A DNA stretch of 64,000 nt, from contig OY969696.1 in the NCBI GenBank assembly GCA_963702005.1, positions 3,647,692-3,711,691 on the forward strand. The letters are read 5' to 3'. This DNA is from Candidatus Aminicenantes bacterium (GTDB taxonomy: Bacteria > Acidobacteriota > Aminicenantia > Aminicenantales > JAFGBC01). Both the position numbers and the translations under genes were made by a program. Below, one piece after another: positions 36,182-48,758 of the stretch (the stretch's first letter is position 1; every line of letters starts with the position of its first letter). The notes beneath the pieces are model-generated. The model was given only the letters and a program-made list of their open reading frames with translations, did not search any database and was not told the DNA's origin.

Positions 36182-37396
36182 ATGGAAAAAATCATCTACC
36201 TGGACAACAGCGCCACGTCCTATCCCAAACCCGAGTCCGTCTATGCGTTCATGGATCAGTTCTACAAACGCGCGGGCGTAAACCCGGGCCGTTCGGGCTA
36301 CGATCTGTGCATGGAAGCCGGGGAGCTGCTGGAGGCGACCCGAAAGCTCCTGACCCGGTTCTTCAACGGCCGCGATCCCAATCGCCTCTGTTTCTGCTAT
36401 AACGCCACCGACGCCCTCAACCTCATCATTTTCGGGATGCTTAAAAAGGGGGACCACGCCGTCACGACCAGCCTCGAACATAATTCCGTGCTCCGTCCCC
36501 TCTATCATCTGTCCCAAAACGAAGGCGTCCAGGTCGACACCATTCCCTTCGACGGGGCGGGATTCGTCGACCCGGACAGGGTTTGCGGCGCGATCAAACG
36601 GAACACTCGGCTTGTTATCGTCAACCACGGGTCGAACGTCATCGGCACGATCCAACCCATCAAGGAGATCGGCCGCCGCTGTCGGGAGGCCGGCGTTCCG
36701 TTTGCCATCGACGCCTCGCAGACGGCCGGCCACATCCCGATCGACCTCCAGGATACCAACGTGGACGTCATCGCCTTCACCGGCCATAAATCGCTGATGG
36801 GACCGACCGGGATCGGCGGCTTGTACGTCGGGGACAACGTCAAGATCCGGCAAACTCGAGCCGGCGGGACGGGCGTCCGTTCCGCCGAGCGATTCCATCC
36901 GGAGGACTACCCCTATCACCTGGAGTTCGGCACGCCGAACATCCTGGGAGCGGCCGGCCTCAACGCGGGCGTGACTTGGATCCAGGAACAGGGCTTGGCG
37001 TCCCTGTCCGCCCATGAAATGAAGCTGACCGCTCAGCTCCGGGAGGGCCTCCGGAATATCCCCGGTGTCACCTTGTACTGTCAGGACGACCTCACCGACC
37101 ACCTCCCCGTCCTGACTTTCAATATCGACGGCCTGGAGGCGGTCGACACCGGAACCCTGCTCGACGCCGAATATAACATCGCCTGCCGGACCGGCCTCCA
37201 CTGCGCGCCGCTGGTCCATGAACAGTTGGGCACGGCCAAGATCAAGGGAGCGGTGCGTTTCGGGATCGGCCCCTTCAACACCGAAGAGCAAATCAAGAAG
37301 GCGGTCGAAGCCGTCGCGGAGATGGCGTCCTCGGGCATCGGCAGGCCCAAGGCGGGCCCATCGGTTCCTGCGGAGCGCCGTCCTACGACCGACTGA
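36182..37396 (+). CDS. Class V aminotransferase of the cysteine desulfurase (SufS/CsdA-like) family; start at MEKIIYLDNSATS
   Basis: Fold-type I PLP motifs: …YLDNSATS…, …FTGHKSLMGPTGIGGLY… with the PLP-binding Lys, …RTGLHCAP…. Confidence 0.85.
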   Translation: MEKIIYLDNSATSYPKPESVYAFMDQFYKRAGVNPGRSGYDLCMEAGELLEATRKLLTRFFNGRDPNRLCFCYNATDALNLIIFGMLKKGDHAVTTSLEHNSVLRPLYHLSQNEGVQVDTIPFDGAGFVDPDRVCGAIKRNTRLVIVNHGSNVIGTIQPIKEIGRRCREAGVPFAIDASQTAGHIPIDLQDTNVDVIAFTGHKSLMGPTGIGGLYVGDNVKIRQTRAGGTGVRSAERFHPEDYPYHLEFGTPNILGAAGLNAGVTWIQEQGLASLSAHEMKLTAQLREGLRNIPGVTLYCQDDLTDHLPVLTFNIDGLEAVDTGTLLDAEYNIACRTGLHCAPLVHEQLGTAKIKGAVRFGIGPFNTEEQIKKAVEAVAEMASSGIGRPKAGPSVPAERRPTTD

Positions 37397-37588
37397 GTTC
37401 GGAGTTCCCGTTGTCGCGCCCGCTCGACCCCATTCCCGCTATCGCGTCCACCGGCCCAGACGCGCCCGGATCTTTTCTTTGACGCTCATCGCCTGCCTGT
37501 GATAAAGTTCTGAGGTGTTCATCCTTTTAGACATTAAGGGGGAATCAGCTTTTCCCGCTAATCCTATATACCCTTAGGAGGGTTCAAT

Positions 37589-39421
37589 ATGAATGTCTCA
37601 GCAAAGCAACGTCGGCTCGCGCTCAAAGTATTTCCCGTTATCACCGTCATCGTCCTTCTTGCGCTAGCTTTCGGGCCGGGCCTCGGGGCCCAGGACAACA
37701 AGGCGATCGCCAAGAAGCTCGCGGGCTTCGACGCCTATATGGCCAAGATCCTCAAGGACTGGAACGCGCCCGGGATCGGCGTCGGCGTCGTGGTCGGCGA
37801 CAAGCTCGTCTTCGCCAAAGGCTACGGCTACCGGGACTACGAAAAAAAACTTCCTTTCACCCCGACGACGCTGTGCCAGATCGCATCCAATACCAAGCTG
37901 TTCACGGCGGTGGCCGCGGGCATGCTCGTGGACGAAGGGAAACTGACCTGGGACAAGCCGGTCCGGGACTCCGTGCCCTCCATCCGGTTCTACAACGACG
38001 AGCTGAATAACACGGTCACGCTCCGCGACATGCTGTCCCACCGCACGGGCATCACCCGGCACGACACGATCTGGTACCAGTCGGACGACACGCGGCCGCA
38101 GCTCTTCGAAAAGGTCAAATATCTAGAGCCCCAGGAGCCTCTTCGGCAGACCTTCCTTTACAATAATTTGATGTTCGCCGCCGTGGGGTACATCATCGAA
38201 CTCCAGTCGGGCAAGACATGGGAGGATTTCGTCCGTGGCCGTATCTTTAGGCCCCTGGACATGACGAGCACCGTCTATTCCATCGCGGACTTGGTCAAGC
38301 AGCCCGACCACGGCGTGCCCTTCACCGAGAAGCGCGACACGTTCGAGCTCTACAAGATCCCCTACTACGAGGACATCGGGGGTGTCGCGCCCTGCGGCGC
38401 GATCATCTCCAATATCCAGGACATGTCCCACTGGCTCATCGCCTTGATGAACGACGGTAAGTTCGCGGAGAAGCAGGTCCTCCCGGCGGCCGTGCTCAAG
38501 GCCACGCTGGAGCCCGCCATCGCCCTGCCCAACACGACCGCCGAAGTCCGCGGGTACTGGGAAATCCTGAATTCCGCCTATGGGATGGGACGGGAGTCGC
38601 TTATCTATCGGGGGCACCTGCTGACCCTCCACGGCGGGGACCTGCCCGGATTCCATTCCCAGGTCTCCTTCATGCCCCGCGAGCGGATCGGCGTCATCGT
38701 CTTCGTCATCGGCAACCACTGCGCCAGCCTCTACAACTTCGTAAGCTACAACGTTTACGAGCGTCTGCTGGGGATGGACCAGACACCCTGGAGTGCGCGC
38801 TTTCTCGACCTCCGGCTCAAGGGAAAGAAAGCGGGTACGGAAGCCCGAGCGAAAGCCGGCGCGGACCGCGTCCCGAACACGAAACCCTCCCATCCGATCC
38901 ACGACTACGCGGGCGAGTACGAGCATCCCGCCTACGGCGTCCTGAAGGTCGAGCTGAAGGACGGCGGGCTCGGGATGGACTTCCACAAGATCCGGCTTCC
39001 CCTTAACCACTTCCACTATGATCGCTTCGAAACGCCCGACGACGAAATCTACGGCCGGACCGCGATCAACTTCATGACCAATCCCCAGGGCGATATCGAC
39101 AAGGCCCTCGTTTCCTTGGACGAAGCCGAAGTGACCTTCACGCGCAGGCCCGAGACGCTCGACGTCAAGATATTGGGACAGCTGGCCGGAACCTATGAAA
39201 CCCCGACAGGCTACAAGTTCCAGGTCGTTCTTAAGGAGGACGGCGGGCTTTTCCTGGTGTATCCCGGAGAGCCCGAAGAGAAGCTCATCCCCTATAAAGG
39301 CCTTCAGTTCCGCATCAAGCTTTTCTCCGACGTCATCTTCGAGTTCGTCATGGAGAACGGCCAGGTCAAGGCCCTCAAACAGAGGGATCCCTCCGGAGAG
39401 TATATTAATATAAGGAAGTAG
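37589..39421 (+). CDS. Serine hydrolase of the beta-lactamase (class C / PBP-like) family with signal peptide and a C-terminal accessory domain
   Basis: SxxK active-site motif (ASNTK) and an N-terminal signal/TM segment; 610 aa. Confidence 0.8.
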   Translation: MNVSAKQRRLALKVFPVITVIVLLALAFGPGLGAQDNKAIAKKLAGFDAYMAKILKDWNAPGIGVGVVVGDKLVFAKGYGYRDYEKKLPFTPTTLCQIASNTKLFTAVAAGMLVDEGKLTWDKPVRDSVPSIRFYNDELNNTVTLRDMLSHRTGITRHDTIWYQSDDTRPQLFEKVKYLEPQEPLRQTFLYNNLMFAAVGYIIELQSGKTWEDFVRGRIFRPLDMTSTVYSIADLVKQPDHGVPFTEKRDTFELYKIPYYEDIGGVAPCGAIISNIQDMSHWLIALMNDGKFAEKQVLPAAVLKATLEPAIALPNTTAEVRGYWEILNSAYGMGRESLIYRGHLLTLHGGDLPGFHSQVSFMPRERIGVIVFVIGNHCASLYNFVSYNVYERLLGMDQTPWSARFLDLRLKGKKAGTEARAKAGADRVPNTKPSHPIHDYAGEYEHPAYGVLKVELKDGGLGMDFHKIRLPLNHFHYDRFETPDDEIYGRTAINFMTNPQGDIDKALVSLDEAEVTFTRRPETLDVKILGQLAGTYETPTGYKFQVVLKEDGGLFLVYPGEPEEKLIPYKGLQFRIKLFSDVIFEFVMENGQVKALKQRDPSGEYINIRK

Positions 39422-39445
39422 TCGGCGCCCGTCCCCCCGGAATCC

Positions 39446-39871
39446 TTACTCTAATGACCGCAGAGCCCTGGTGAACGCTCTTGGACTCAGGATCCCGATC
39501 CCTTCGTACTGCTTGATGGCCAGCACATCGGAATCCGCGGAGATAATATAGTCGGCGCGACCCGCGATAGCGGCTTCGAACAGCGCATCATCGTCGGGAT
39601 CGCGGCAGACACGAACGCGCGGCCCGGGAATAACGATGTCGCCCCGAAGGGCTAACAGAGCTAGGAAAGCCTCCATGGCAGAACGGTCCAATCTATATTT
39701 TTTACTCAGCTTAGGATAGGTCAGAACCGAGACCAACTCCTGAAGGAGCCCGGAGGAAAAGACGACCGTAAACCGTCCTTGGCGAAGATCCTGAAGGATA
39801 GCGCCCGTGGGTCCGTCGGGCTTGATGAGCCCGCTGACGAGGACATTCGTATCGATGACCGCGCGGATCAT
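39446..39871 (-). CDS. vapC: PIN-domain ribonuclease toxin (VapC-like)
   Basis: MIRAVIDTNVLVSGL… with PIN acidic residues (D7, …ISADSD…). 4-bp overlap with the upstream antitoxin gene. Confidence 0.8.
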   Translation of the reverse strand: MIRAVIDTNVLVSGLIKPDGPTGAILQDLRQGRFTVVFSSGLLQELVSVLTYPKLSKKYRLDRSAMEAFLALLALRGDIVIPGPRVRVCRDPDDDALFEAAIAGRADYIISADSDVLAIKQYEGIGILSPRAFTRALRSLE

Positions 39872-40161
39872 CGGCGTTTGGGGCCCCGCAGGCTTTTTCG
39901 GGCCTCTTGAACGTCGTTTTCAACCTCCCTAAAAGACGAGCCTGCGCTGGCCGCCGCCATCTTGGCCAGAAGCTCATCGAACCTCTTCAAGACTCCGCTT
40001 TCATCGATCTTAACATAATTGAGATACTGCTCGTAAGGAACCAAGACGGCTTCCGGCCTGCTCCCGCGCGTGAGGACGTAGGGGATATGCTCCTCCGCCA
40101 CCTCATCAAAGACTTTTTTAAATTTTCTCTGCAGATCGGTGACGCCGATGATTTTATTCAT
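39868..40161 (-). CDS. Phd/YefM-family antitoxin
   Basis: N-terminus …IGVTDLQRKFKKVFDEVAEEHIPYVLTRGSRPEAVLVPYEQY resembles Phd/YefM. Position immediately upstream of the PIN toxin. Confidence 0.75.
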   Translation of the reverse strand: MNKIIGVTDLQRKFKKVFDEVAEEHIPYVLTRGSRPEAVLVPYEQYLNYVKIDESGVLKRFDELLAKMAAASAGSSFREVENDVQEARKSLRGPKRR

Positions 40162-40185
40162 ATATACCTCAATATGTATTTATAT

Positions 40186-40214
40186 ATATATTATATTTAT
40201 AAGCGTCATGTCAA
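40186..40214 (-). promoter_or_regulatory. Candidate promoter of the TA operon inside a ~100-bp extremely AT-rich island (TTGACA, 17-bp spacer, ATATAT)
   Basis: Minus-strand read: TTGACAtgacgcttataaatataATATAT. The island at 40150-40250 is ~20% GC in a 65% GC context. Confidence 0.4.
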
Positions 40215-40338
40215 GATATTCATGAACCTAATCGTTTTTTGAGAGGATACGCGAGTTCAGTCGTTCGCCCCAACGACGCCATTCCCAGACCATCGTCATT
40301 AAATCGGCAAAAACTTCCGATAAAAGTGCTGCGTTCCC

Positions 40339-40366
40339 GGAATTAAGTCGTGTGTCCCCAGAATTC
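40339..40366 (+). repeat. Family-1 dispersed repeat, solo copy with variant ends (GGAATT-aagtcgtgtgtccccag-AATTCC)
   Basis: The 17-nt core aagtcgtgtgtccccag is identical to the copies at 58455-58527 and 63749-63785. Confidence 0.7.
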
Positions 40367-40449
40367 CCCCGGCAAATTGACTTGGGGAGGGGGTCCTTGA
40401 TATTATTTGAACTCACTCTAACTCTAAGGAAGGTTCGAAGGATTCGCTC

Positions 40450-41742
40450 ATGATTGAACGCTACACCCGTCCCGAAATGGGCGCGGTCTGGACCGACCGG
40501 AACCGCTACCGGAAGTGGCTCGACGTCGAGATCGCCGTCTGCGAGGCCTGGTCCAAGCTCGGCAAGATCCCGGCCGCCTCGCTGCGCCGGATCAAGGCCA
40601 AGGCCGACTTCAACGTCGCCCGGATCGAGACCATCGAGCGCGTCGTCAAGCACGACGTCATCGCCTTCCTGACCTCGGTCGCCGAGAAGGTCGGCCCCGA
40701 TTCGCGCTTCATCCACCTCGGCCTGACCTCCTACGACGTCGTCGACACGGCCCTGTCCCTGCTCATCAAGGAATCCCTGACGCAAATCCGCCGCGACCTC
40801 CTCGCCCTCCGCAAAGTCATCAAGTCCCAAGCCCTCAAATATAAAATGACGCCGACGATCGGCCGGACCCACGGCGTCCACGCCGAGCCGGTCACCTTCG
40901 GGTTCAAGCTCCTGGTCTGGTACGAGGAGGTCGGCCGCCACATCGATCGTGTCGACCGCGCCCTGGCCGTCATCGACGTGGGCCGGATCTCGGGCTCGGT
41001 CGGGACCTACATCCACCTCAACCCGCGCGTCGAGACGATCGCCCTGCGCCGTCTTGGCCTGGCCCCCGCCCGGGTCTCGACCCAAGTCCTCCAGCGGGAC
41101 CGCCACGCCGAGGTCCTGTCCGCGCTAGCCCTGCTGGCCTCCTCGCTCGAGAAGTTCGCCGTCGAGGTCCGCCACCTCCAGCGGACCGAGGTCCTCGAAG
41201 TCGAGGAGCCCTTCACCAAGGGCCAGAAGGGCTCGTCCTCGATGCCCCACAAGAAGAACCCGGTCCGCTGCGAGCGGATCTCGGGCCTGGCCCGGATCGT
41301 CCGCTCCAACCTCCAGGTCGCCCTCGAAAACATCCCCCTCTGGCACGAGCGGGACATCTCCCATTCCTCGGCCGAGCGGGTCGTCGTCCCCGACTCGTTC
41401 ATCCTGACCGACTACATACTGGCCGAGACGACCGACATCATCCGCAACTGGCGCGTTTATCCCGTCCGGATGCGGGCCAACATCGACGCCACCCGCGGGC
41501 TGGTCTTTTCCCAAGCCGTCCTGCTCGCCTTGACCCGCAAAGGGATGCTCCGCGAAGAGGCCTACGGCGCCGTCCAGGCCGCGAGCCTCAAGGCCTGGGA
41601 AGAAAGGCTCGATTTCCGGGACCTCGTCGCGGCCGACCCCAAGGTCCGCAAGCTCCTGGGCGAAGCCGAGCTCCGGGCCTGCTTCTCCCTCGCCCCCTAC
41701 CTGGGGAAGATCGACGCCATTTATAAAAAGGTGTTCCGATGA
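40450..41742 (+). CDS. purB: Adenylosuccinate lyase
   Basis: 430 aa; fumarase/ASL family motifs including …[11 protein letters not shown]…. Confidence 0.93.
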   Translation: MIERYTRPEMGAVWTDRNRYRKWLDVEIAVCEAWSKLGKIPAASLRRIKAKADFNVARIETIERVVKHDVIAFLTSVAEKVGPDSRFIHLGLTSYDVVDTALSLLIKESLTQIRRDLLALRKVIKSQALKYKMTPTIGRTHGVHAEPVTFGFKLLVWYEEVGRHIDRVDRALAVIDVGRISGSVGTYIHLNPRVETIALRRLGLAPARVSTQVLQRDRHAEVLSALALLASSLEKFAVEVRHLQRTEVLEVEEPFTKGQKGSSSMPHKKNPVRCERISGLARIVRSNLQVALENIPLWHERDISHSSAERVVVPDSFILTDYILAETTDIIRNWRVYPVRMRANIDATRGLVFSQAVLLALTRKGMLREEAYGAVQAASLKAWEERLDFRDLVAADPKVRKLLGEAELRACFSLAPYLGKIDAIYKKVFR

Positions 41743-41981
41743 AAGTCAGAATCCTGGTTTCCTTCAAGGACAGCGTCCTCGACCCCCAGGGCCAGACCGT
41801 CAAGAACGCCCTGCTGACCCTGGGCTACGGATTCGTCAAGGACGTCCGCCAAGGCAAGGTTTTCGAGCTCGACCTGGAAGGGATCGGCGAGGCCGAGGCC
41901 CGCCGGGCCATCCCCGAGATCGCCGACAAGGTCCTGGCCAACCCGATCATCGAGAAGTTCAGCTGGGACATCCTGCCATGA
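41739..41981 (+). CDS. purS: Phosphoribosylformylglycinamidine synthase subunit PurS
   Basis: 80 aa; [21 protein letters not shown]…. Confidence 0.9.
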   Translation: MKVRILVSFKDSVLDPQGQTVKNALLTLGYGFVKDVRQGKVFELDLEGIGEAEARRAIPEIADKVLANPIIEKFSWDILP

Positions 41982-42670
41982 AGTTCGGCGTCGTCGTCTT
42001 TCCCGGGTCCAACTGCGACTTCGACACGCTCTACGTCCTGCGCGACGTCCTGAAGCAGGATGCCGTCTTCCTCTGGCACAAGAACCATGACCTGGGCGGC
42101 GCCGACTGCGTCGTCCTCCCGGGAGGATTCGCCCACGGCGACTACCTGCGCTCGGGCGCCATCGCTAAATTCTCGCCCCTGATGCGGGAGGTTGGCGAGC
42201 ACGCGGCCAAGGGCGGCCTTGTGTTGGGTATTTGTAACGGCTTTCAGGTCCTGCTCGAGCTCGGCCTTTTGCCCGGGGCCATGCTCCGCAACAAGAACCT
42301 CAAGTTCCTCTGCCAATTCGTGAACCTGCGCGTCGAGAACGAGCGGACGGCCTTCACCAACCGGGCCCGCAAAGGCCAGGTCCTCCGCATCCCGATCGCC
42401 CACTTCGACGGGAACTACTACGCGCCGGCCGAGGTCTTGGACGAGGTCGAGCGGAACGGCCAGGTGGTCCTCCGCTACGCCGACGAGCAAGGGCGCCTCG
42501 GCGAAGACGCCAACGTCAACGGATCGCTGCGCGCGATCGCCGGGCTGGTCAACAAGGCGGGGAACGTCATGGGCCTGATGCCCCACCCGGAGCGGGCCTC
42601 GGAGGCCCTGCTGGGCGGGACGGACGGTCGGGTCATCCTCGAATCCATCATCCAGGGCCGCATGAGCTGA
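41978..42670 (+). CDS. purQ: Phosphoribosylformylglycinamidine synthase glutaminase subunit PurQ
   Basis: Class I glutamine amidotransferase (…[10 protein letters not shown]…, …HPER…). Confidence 0.93.
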   Translation: MKFGVVVFPGSNCDFDTLYVLRDVLKQDAVFLWHKNHDLGGADCVVLPGGFAHGDYLRSGAIAKFSPLMREVGEHAAKGGLVLGICNGFQVLLELGLLPGAMLRNKNLKFLCQFVNLRVENERTAFTNRARKGQVLRIPIAHFDGNYYAPAEVLDEVERNGQVVLRYADEQGRLGEDANVNGSLRAIAGLVNKAGNVMGLMPHPERASEALLGGTDGRVILESIIQGRMS

Positions 42671-42690
42671 ACGCCGGAAAAAGGATCGCC

Positions 42691-44893
<2,203 letters not shown>

Positions 44894-44901
<8 letters not shown>

Positions 44902-45751
44902 GCACTTCGCCCTCGCCGCGGCGGTCCTTCTGGCGGTCGCCGTCTCCCCGGCTCAAGCCGGCCTTACCCTGAGCCTCCGCCTCGCGGGCGGCATGAGCCG
45001 CCTCGCCCTTAACGACGCCAACACGATCCTCAAGGACTGGGAGACCTGGCACCTCAAGGAAGTCGAGGACAATCGCAAGTTGGCCTTGGTCGAGGACAAG
45101 GTCGGTTCGATCCACGTCGGAGTCGATTTCGAAACCGAGGTCGTGCTGGGACTCGGCCGCCATTTCGCTCTGAGCGTCTCAGCCGGGGTTCTCCACGCCA
45201 CCCTGTCCGAGAAGAACGCGATCGTGACCGTCGCCAGGCCGACCGGGACTTTCAGCTACGCCCACACCATGACCGCGAGCGCCTTCCCCGTCTTTATCTC
45301 CGGCTATGCCCTGCTGCCGCTCGGCGCCAGGTTTTCTCTCTATGCCAAGGCGGGAACGGGCCTCATCTGGGGTAAATTCGTCGACCGGGAAGCCAACAAG
45401 CTCATAACGGCCGAGAAGTTCTTCTACCCCGTATCTCAATCGGCCACATCGCGGGGAAAGGTCCTGTCGGCCGGAGCCGGTCTGTCCTTCGCCGTCGACG
45501 ACAACCTGTCCTTTTACCTCGAGGCCGCGGGCCGCAAGGCGGCGCTGACGGATTTTACGGGAGAGACCAAGGGAGGTATCAAGGGCGCGCTCTATTCCTT
45601 CGAACAGTACGACAACAAGCTCGAGTACTGGCAGCGCCGGTTCGAGGTCATGGAGCATTCGCCGGAGGGGTCTATCTTCCGCGATCAAGGAAAGGCCAAG
45701 ATCGACTTCAGCGGATTCTCGGTCAAGCTGGGCCTCGCGCTGAAATTTTAG
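44894..45751 (+). CDS. Putative outer-membrane beta-barrel protein with signal peptide, embedded in the pur operon (start [16 protein letters not shown]… overlaps the purL stop)
   Basis: Signal peptide, alternating amphipathic beta-strand pattern, and a C-terminal …KLGLALKF with terminal Phe. The longer ORF start at 44462 overlaps purL and is rejected. Confidence 0.5.
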
Positions 45752-45773
45752 TCTCCGGAGCCAAGGGGGAGAC

Positions 45774-46409
45774 ATGGACGACATCACCTTCACGAGCCCC
45801 AAGAAGTGCGGGCGGATCGCCGTGTTCCTGTCGGGGCGAGGATCGAACTTCCAAGCCATTCACAACGCCATCCGCGAGGGACGGATCGACGCCGAGATAG
45901 TCCTCGTCGTCAGCAACATCGAGACGGCGCCGGGACTGGAGACGGCCCGCCAGCGGGGGCTGGAGGCTGTCTGGCTCGACCCCAAGTCGTACCCGACCCG
46001 CGAAGACTATGACACGGCCCTGCTGGCCGAAGTCCGCAAGCGGAATGTCGACCTCATCTGCCTGGCCGGCTACATGAAGATCGTGACACCCCTCCTCTGC
46101 CGGGCCTTCGTCCACAGGATCATGAACATCCACCCGGCCCTGCTGCCCGCCTTCCCCGGCCTCCACGTCCAGAAAAAGGCCATCGAGTGGGGCGTGCGTT
46201 ATTCGGGCGCGACGGTCCACTTCGTGGCCGAGGAGGTCGACATGGGGCCGATCATCCTCCAAACCGTCGTGCCCGTCCTTCAGGACGACACGGAGGAAAC
46301 GCTCAGCGCGAGGATCCTCAAAGAGGAGCACAAGATCTACCCCGAGGCCGTCCGGCTCTTCTTCGACGGGCGGATCGAGGTCCGCGGCCGCCGCGTCTTC
46401 CTCCGCTGA
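45774..46409 (+). CDS. purN: Phosphoribosylglycinamide formyltransferase
   Basis: 211 aa; …NIHPALLPAFPGLH… formyltransferase motif. Confidence 0.9.
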   Translation: MDDITFTSPKKCGRIAVFLSGRGSNFQAIHNAIREGRIDAEIVLVVSNIETAPGLETARQRGLEAVWLDPKSYPTREDYDTALLAEVRKRNVDLICLAGYMKIVTPLLCRAFVHRIMNIHPALLPAFPGLHVQKKAIEWGVRYSGATVHFVAEEVDMGPIILQTVVPVLQDDTEETLSARILKEEHKIYPEAVRLFFDGRIEVRGRRVFLR

Positions 46410-46430
46410 GCTCCGCCCGGCGGTTTTTGG

Positions 46431-48002
46431 TCAGCCGATTGTTCCGGTGACTTTTACAGCCGTCAGGCGGTCTTTTCGGGTGATCGTCCCGGGCTTCGTG
46501 ACCGTCAGCCGCAGCAAAGATCCCTTTATCTCGAGCGTTCGGAAGGGGCGGGAGAGCGCTTCTCCCGGCTCGACAATCGCTCCGTCCAGTACCATGGATT
46601 CAATCGAGAGAATATAGAAAACGACCTTCTTGCGCTTGGCGTCCCAGTCGTTTTCCTCATAGACGCCGGCTTCCTGGACCTGGAGCAAAAGGTCCGCATT
46701 CTTGAGAGCATAAACTTGATACCGGCGGCAAAGGGACTTGGACCCCTCATCGACGATCCAGGTTTTATCGAGACTGTTGCGGGAGCGGGAGATGCCCCGG
46801 TAAGAAAATTCCAGCTCCAGCTTCTCCAAGGATTGCCGATTGAACGATTCGAATTCCCGGGCAAAGCCTTCCCGGTATTCATCGATCAGCTTGCCGGTAG
46901 CTTTCAGGATATTCTCATAACCGTAAATATCCTTGGGCCGGGCGACAAGCTTGTCCGGCGGCGTTTCAGCGACCCCAAGCTTCTGGGAAAGAAGGATATG
47001 GAATGCGAATCCGGGACCGGCGGCCTGGGCTGAAGGCTTCCAGTCCAGTCCGAGAAAATCACACAGGTAGCCGAGGGCGGCCCCGACCGGGTAGATGCGA
47101 TTGCGCGGCATATCCTCGGGCGAGACCGTCTCGCCCGCGAACCGGGCCAGGAAGTCATCTTTTAAGCGCCCGGGAAAAGAGAGGGAAGCAAACCCGGGAA
47201 GGCCGGCCGTGTTCTTGATGAGCGAGAGGGCTTTCATCTCTACATACCGGGCCGTTCCCTCGCGGATCTCGAGGCCCTGTTCATGCCCCGCAACGAACCC
47301 CTCTCCGGCCCGCCACCGCTCGGCCCGGACGGCGACGAACATCCTGAGCAGATCCTCTACGTCACGACGCGCCCCCGCTTCCGACCTGCCGACCGCGTCC
47401 ATTAGGATCTTCATCTCCAGGCAGGCCAGCGCCGTGTTAGGCCGGTCAAGGATGGGATATCGCTCCTCCCGCTGCCAGGGGATCTCGCCGAAATGGCCAG
47501 CCTGGAACTGATGGAAGGCCTCATGGGCGATGAACCCGGCCAGGTACGCATCCGTGGGAGTGGGCAAGCCTTGAGGGTCTTCGGGCAGACCGATGGCGAC
47601 CGTCTTAACGCCTCCGATCTCGAGGTCGAAGACCAGCTGTCCGATGAGATCACCCCATGAGCCCTCGTGGTAGAGGACTTTCGTCCCGAGCTCCGGCCAT
47701 CCTTCCGGGCAGGCCGTAAAGCCGTCGATCGGCTCGGGCGGATTGAACAGAAGAACCCATTTCTTGGGGATATAGACGAGATATGTCTGTGCCGCCAGAT
47801 TGTAGCCCGGCCAGACGGCGGACGGGTTGGCTTTGAACATCGTGACGATGGAGCGGCAGATCTCGACCACCATCCTTTCGTAGTCGGAGAGCTGTGCTCC
47901 GGGAGGGGCTTGGCGGCCGTTCGTCGCTGGAAAAGAAAAGCCCAGTCCGAAAAACAGGATAAAGACCCCCAGGGTTTTCGTAATTTTCAGCGGTAATATC
48001 AT
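46431..48002 (-). CDS. Secreted hypothetical protein with an HExxH zinc-peptidase-like motif (HEAFHQFQAGH)
   Basis: N-terminal signal peptide; HExxH with a third His at +10; no other recognisable domain. Confidence 0.5.
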   Translation of the reverse strand: MILPLKITKTLGVFILFFGLGFSFPATNGRQAPPGAQLSDYERMVVEICRSIVTMFKANPSAVWPGYNLAAQTYLVYIPKKWVLLFNPPEPIDGFTACPEGWPELGTKVLYHEGSWGDLIGQLVFDLEIGGVKTVAIGLPEDPQGLPTPTDAYLAGFIAHEAFHQFQAGHFGEIPWQREERYPILDRPNTALACLEMKILMDAVGRSEAGARRDVEDLLRMFVAVRAERWRAGEGFVAGHEQGLEIREGTARYVEMKALSLIKNTAGLPGFASLSFPGRLKDDFLARFAGETVSPEDMPRNRIYPVGAALGYLCDFLGLDWKPSAQAAGPGFAFHILLSQKLGVAETPPDKLVARPKDIYGYENILKATGKLIDEYREGFAREFESFNRQSLEKLELEFSYRGISRSRNSLDKTWIVDEGSKSLCRRYQVYALKNADLLLQVQEAGVYEENDWDAKRKKVVFYILSIESMVLDGAIVEPGEALSRPFRTLEIKGSLLRLTVTKPGTITRKDRLTAVKVTGTIG

Positions 48003-48365
48003 GTGCTCCTCTTTTACGACTCATCCCGAAATTCCATAAATATTCTCTTTATTATGAGACGTTCTATTCAAAGAAAAAGTTACACGTTGGTCGTGATTCC
48101 CTTCCGACATCGGATTGCGTCCGGGCGATTCCCGGTTTACTTGCGGAGGCCCCCGATCACTTCGTCAGAACCCTGAGCTCGATTCCCGACAGATATTGGC
48201 GCGTATGATAAAGACGGTGTGTCGATGACCAACGCTATAACTTATATAGAAGGTCAAGGCAGAAAATCAAACCTTAGAAATCTTCCTCTCTCTCCTCGGC
48301 CCCCGGAGCGCGGCCTGCTCGAAGACAGGGGAGGGCGCTGGTCGTTTTTAACTCGGATGTCGACT

Positions 48366-48758
48366 TCAGGCCCCGGACTTTTTCCCCTTGATTTCGAAGA
48401 GATTGTTGTCGGAGTCCTTGATGAATATAACCAGAGAATCACCTTTGGGAATCTGGCTGATGGAGAAACCCCGGCGGCGGCATTTTTCAAGAAAATCAGG
48501 CAGGTCATCGACTTCCAGACAGACGTGCTCGATTCGGCCCGTCCTGCCCGGATGACGGCTGTCGATGAAGACTTCGAACTGAAGGGATTCGTCCGCATAG
48601 TTGACCATCCTCAACTCAGCGTCCCTATCGAAAAGTGCTTTTGACATCTCCCGGGAAAGCGTTTTGGATTCCGACTTCTTAAGTCCCAGCGTGTCGCGCA
48701 AGAATCGGTCGGCGTTCTCCTCGGAACTGTACACGAGCCCGACGTGCCTGAGCTTCAT
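48366..48758 (-). CDS. VOC (glyoxalase/bleomycin-resistance/dioxygenase) family protein; start at MKLRHVGLVYSS
   Basis: MKLRHVGL… is a typical VOC N-terminus. 4-bp overlap with the upstream ADH gene. Confidence 0.65.
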   Translation of the reverse strand: MKLRHVGLVYSSEENADRFLRDTLGLKKSESKTLSREMSKALFDRDAELRMVNYADESLQFEVFIDSRHPGRTGRIEHVCLEVDDLPDFLEKCRRRGFSISQIPKGDSLVIFIKDSDNNLFEIKGKKSGA

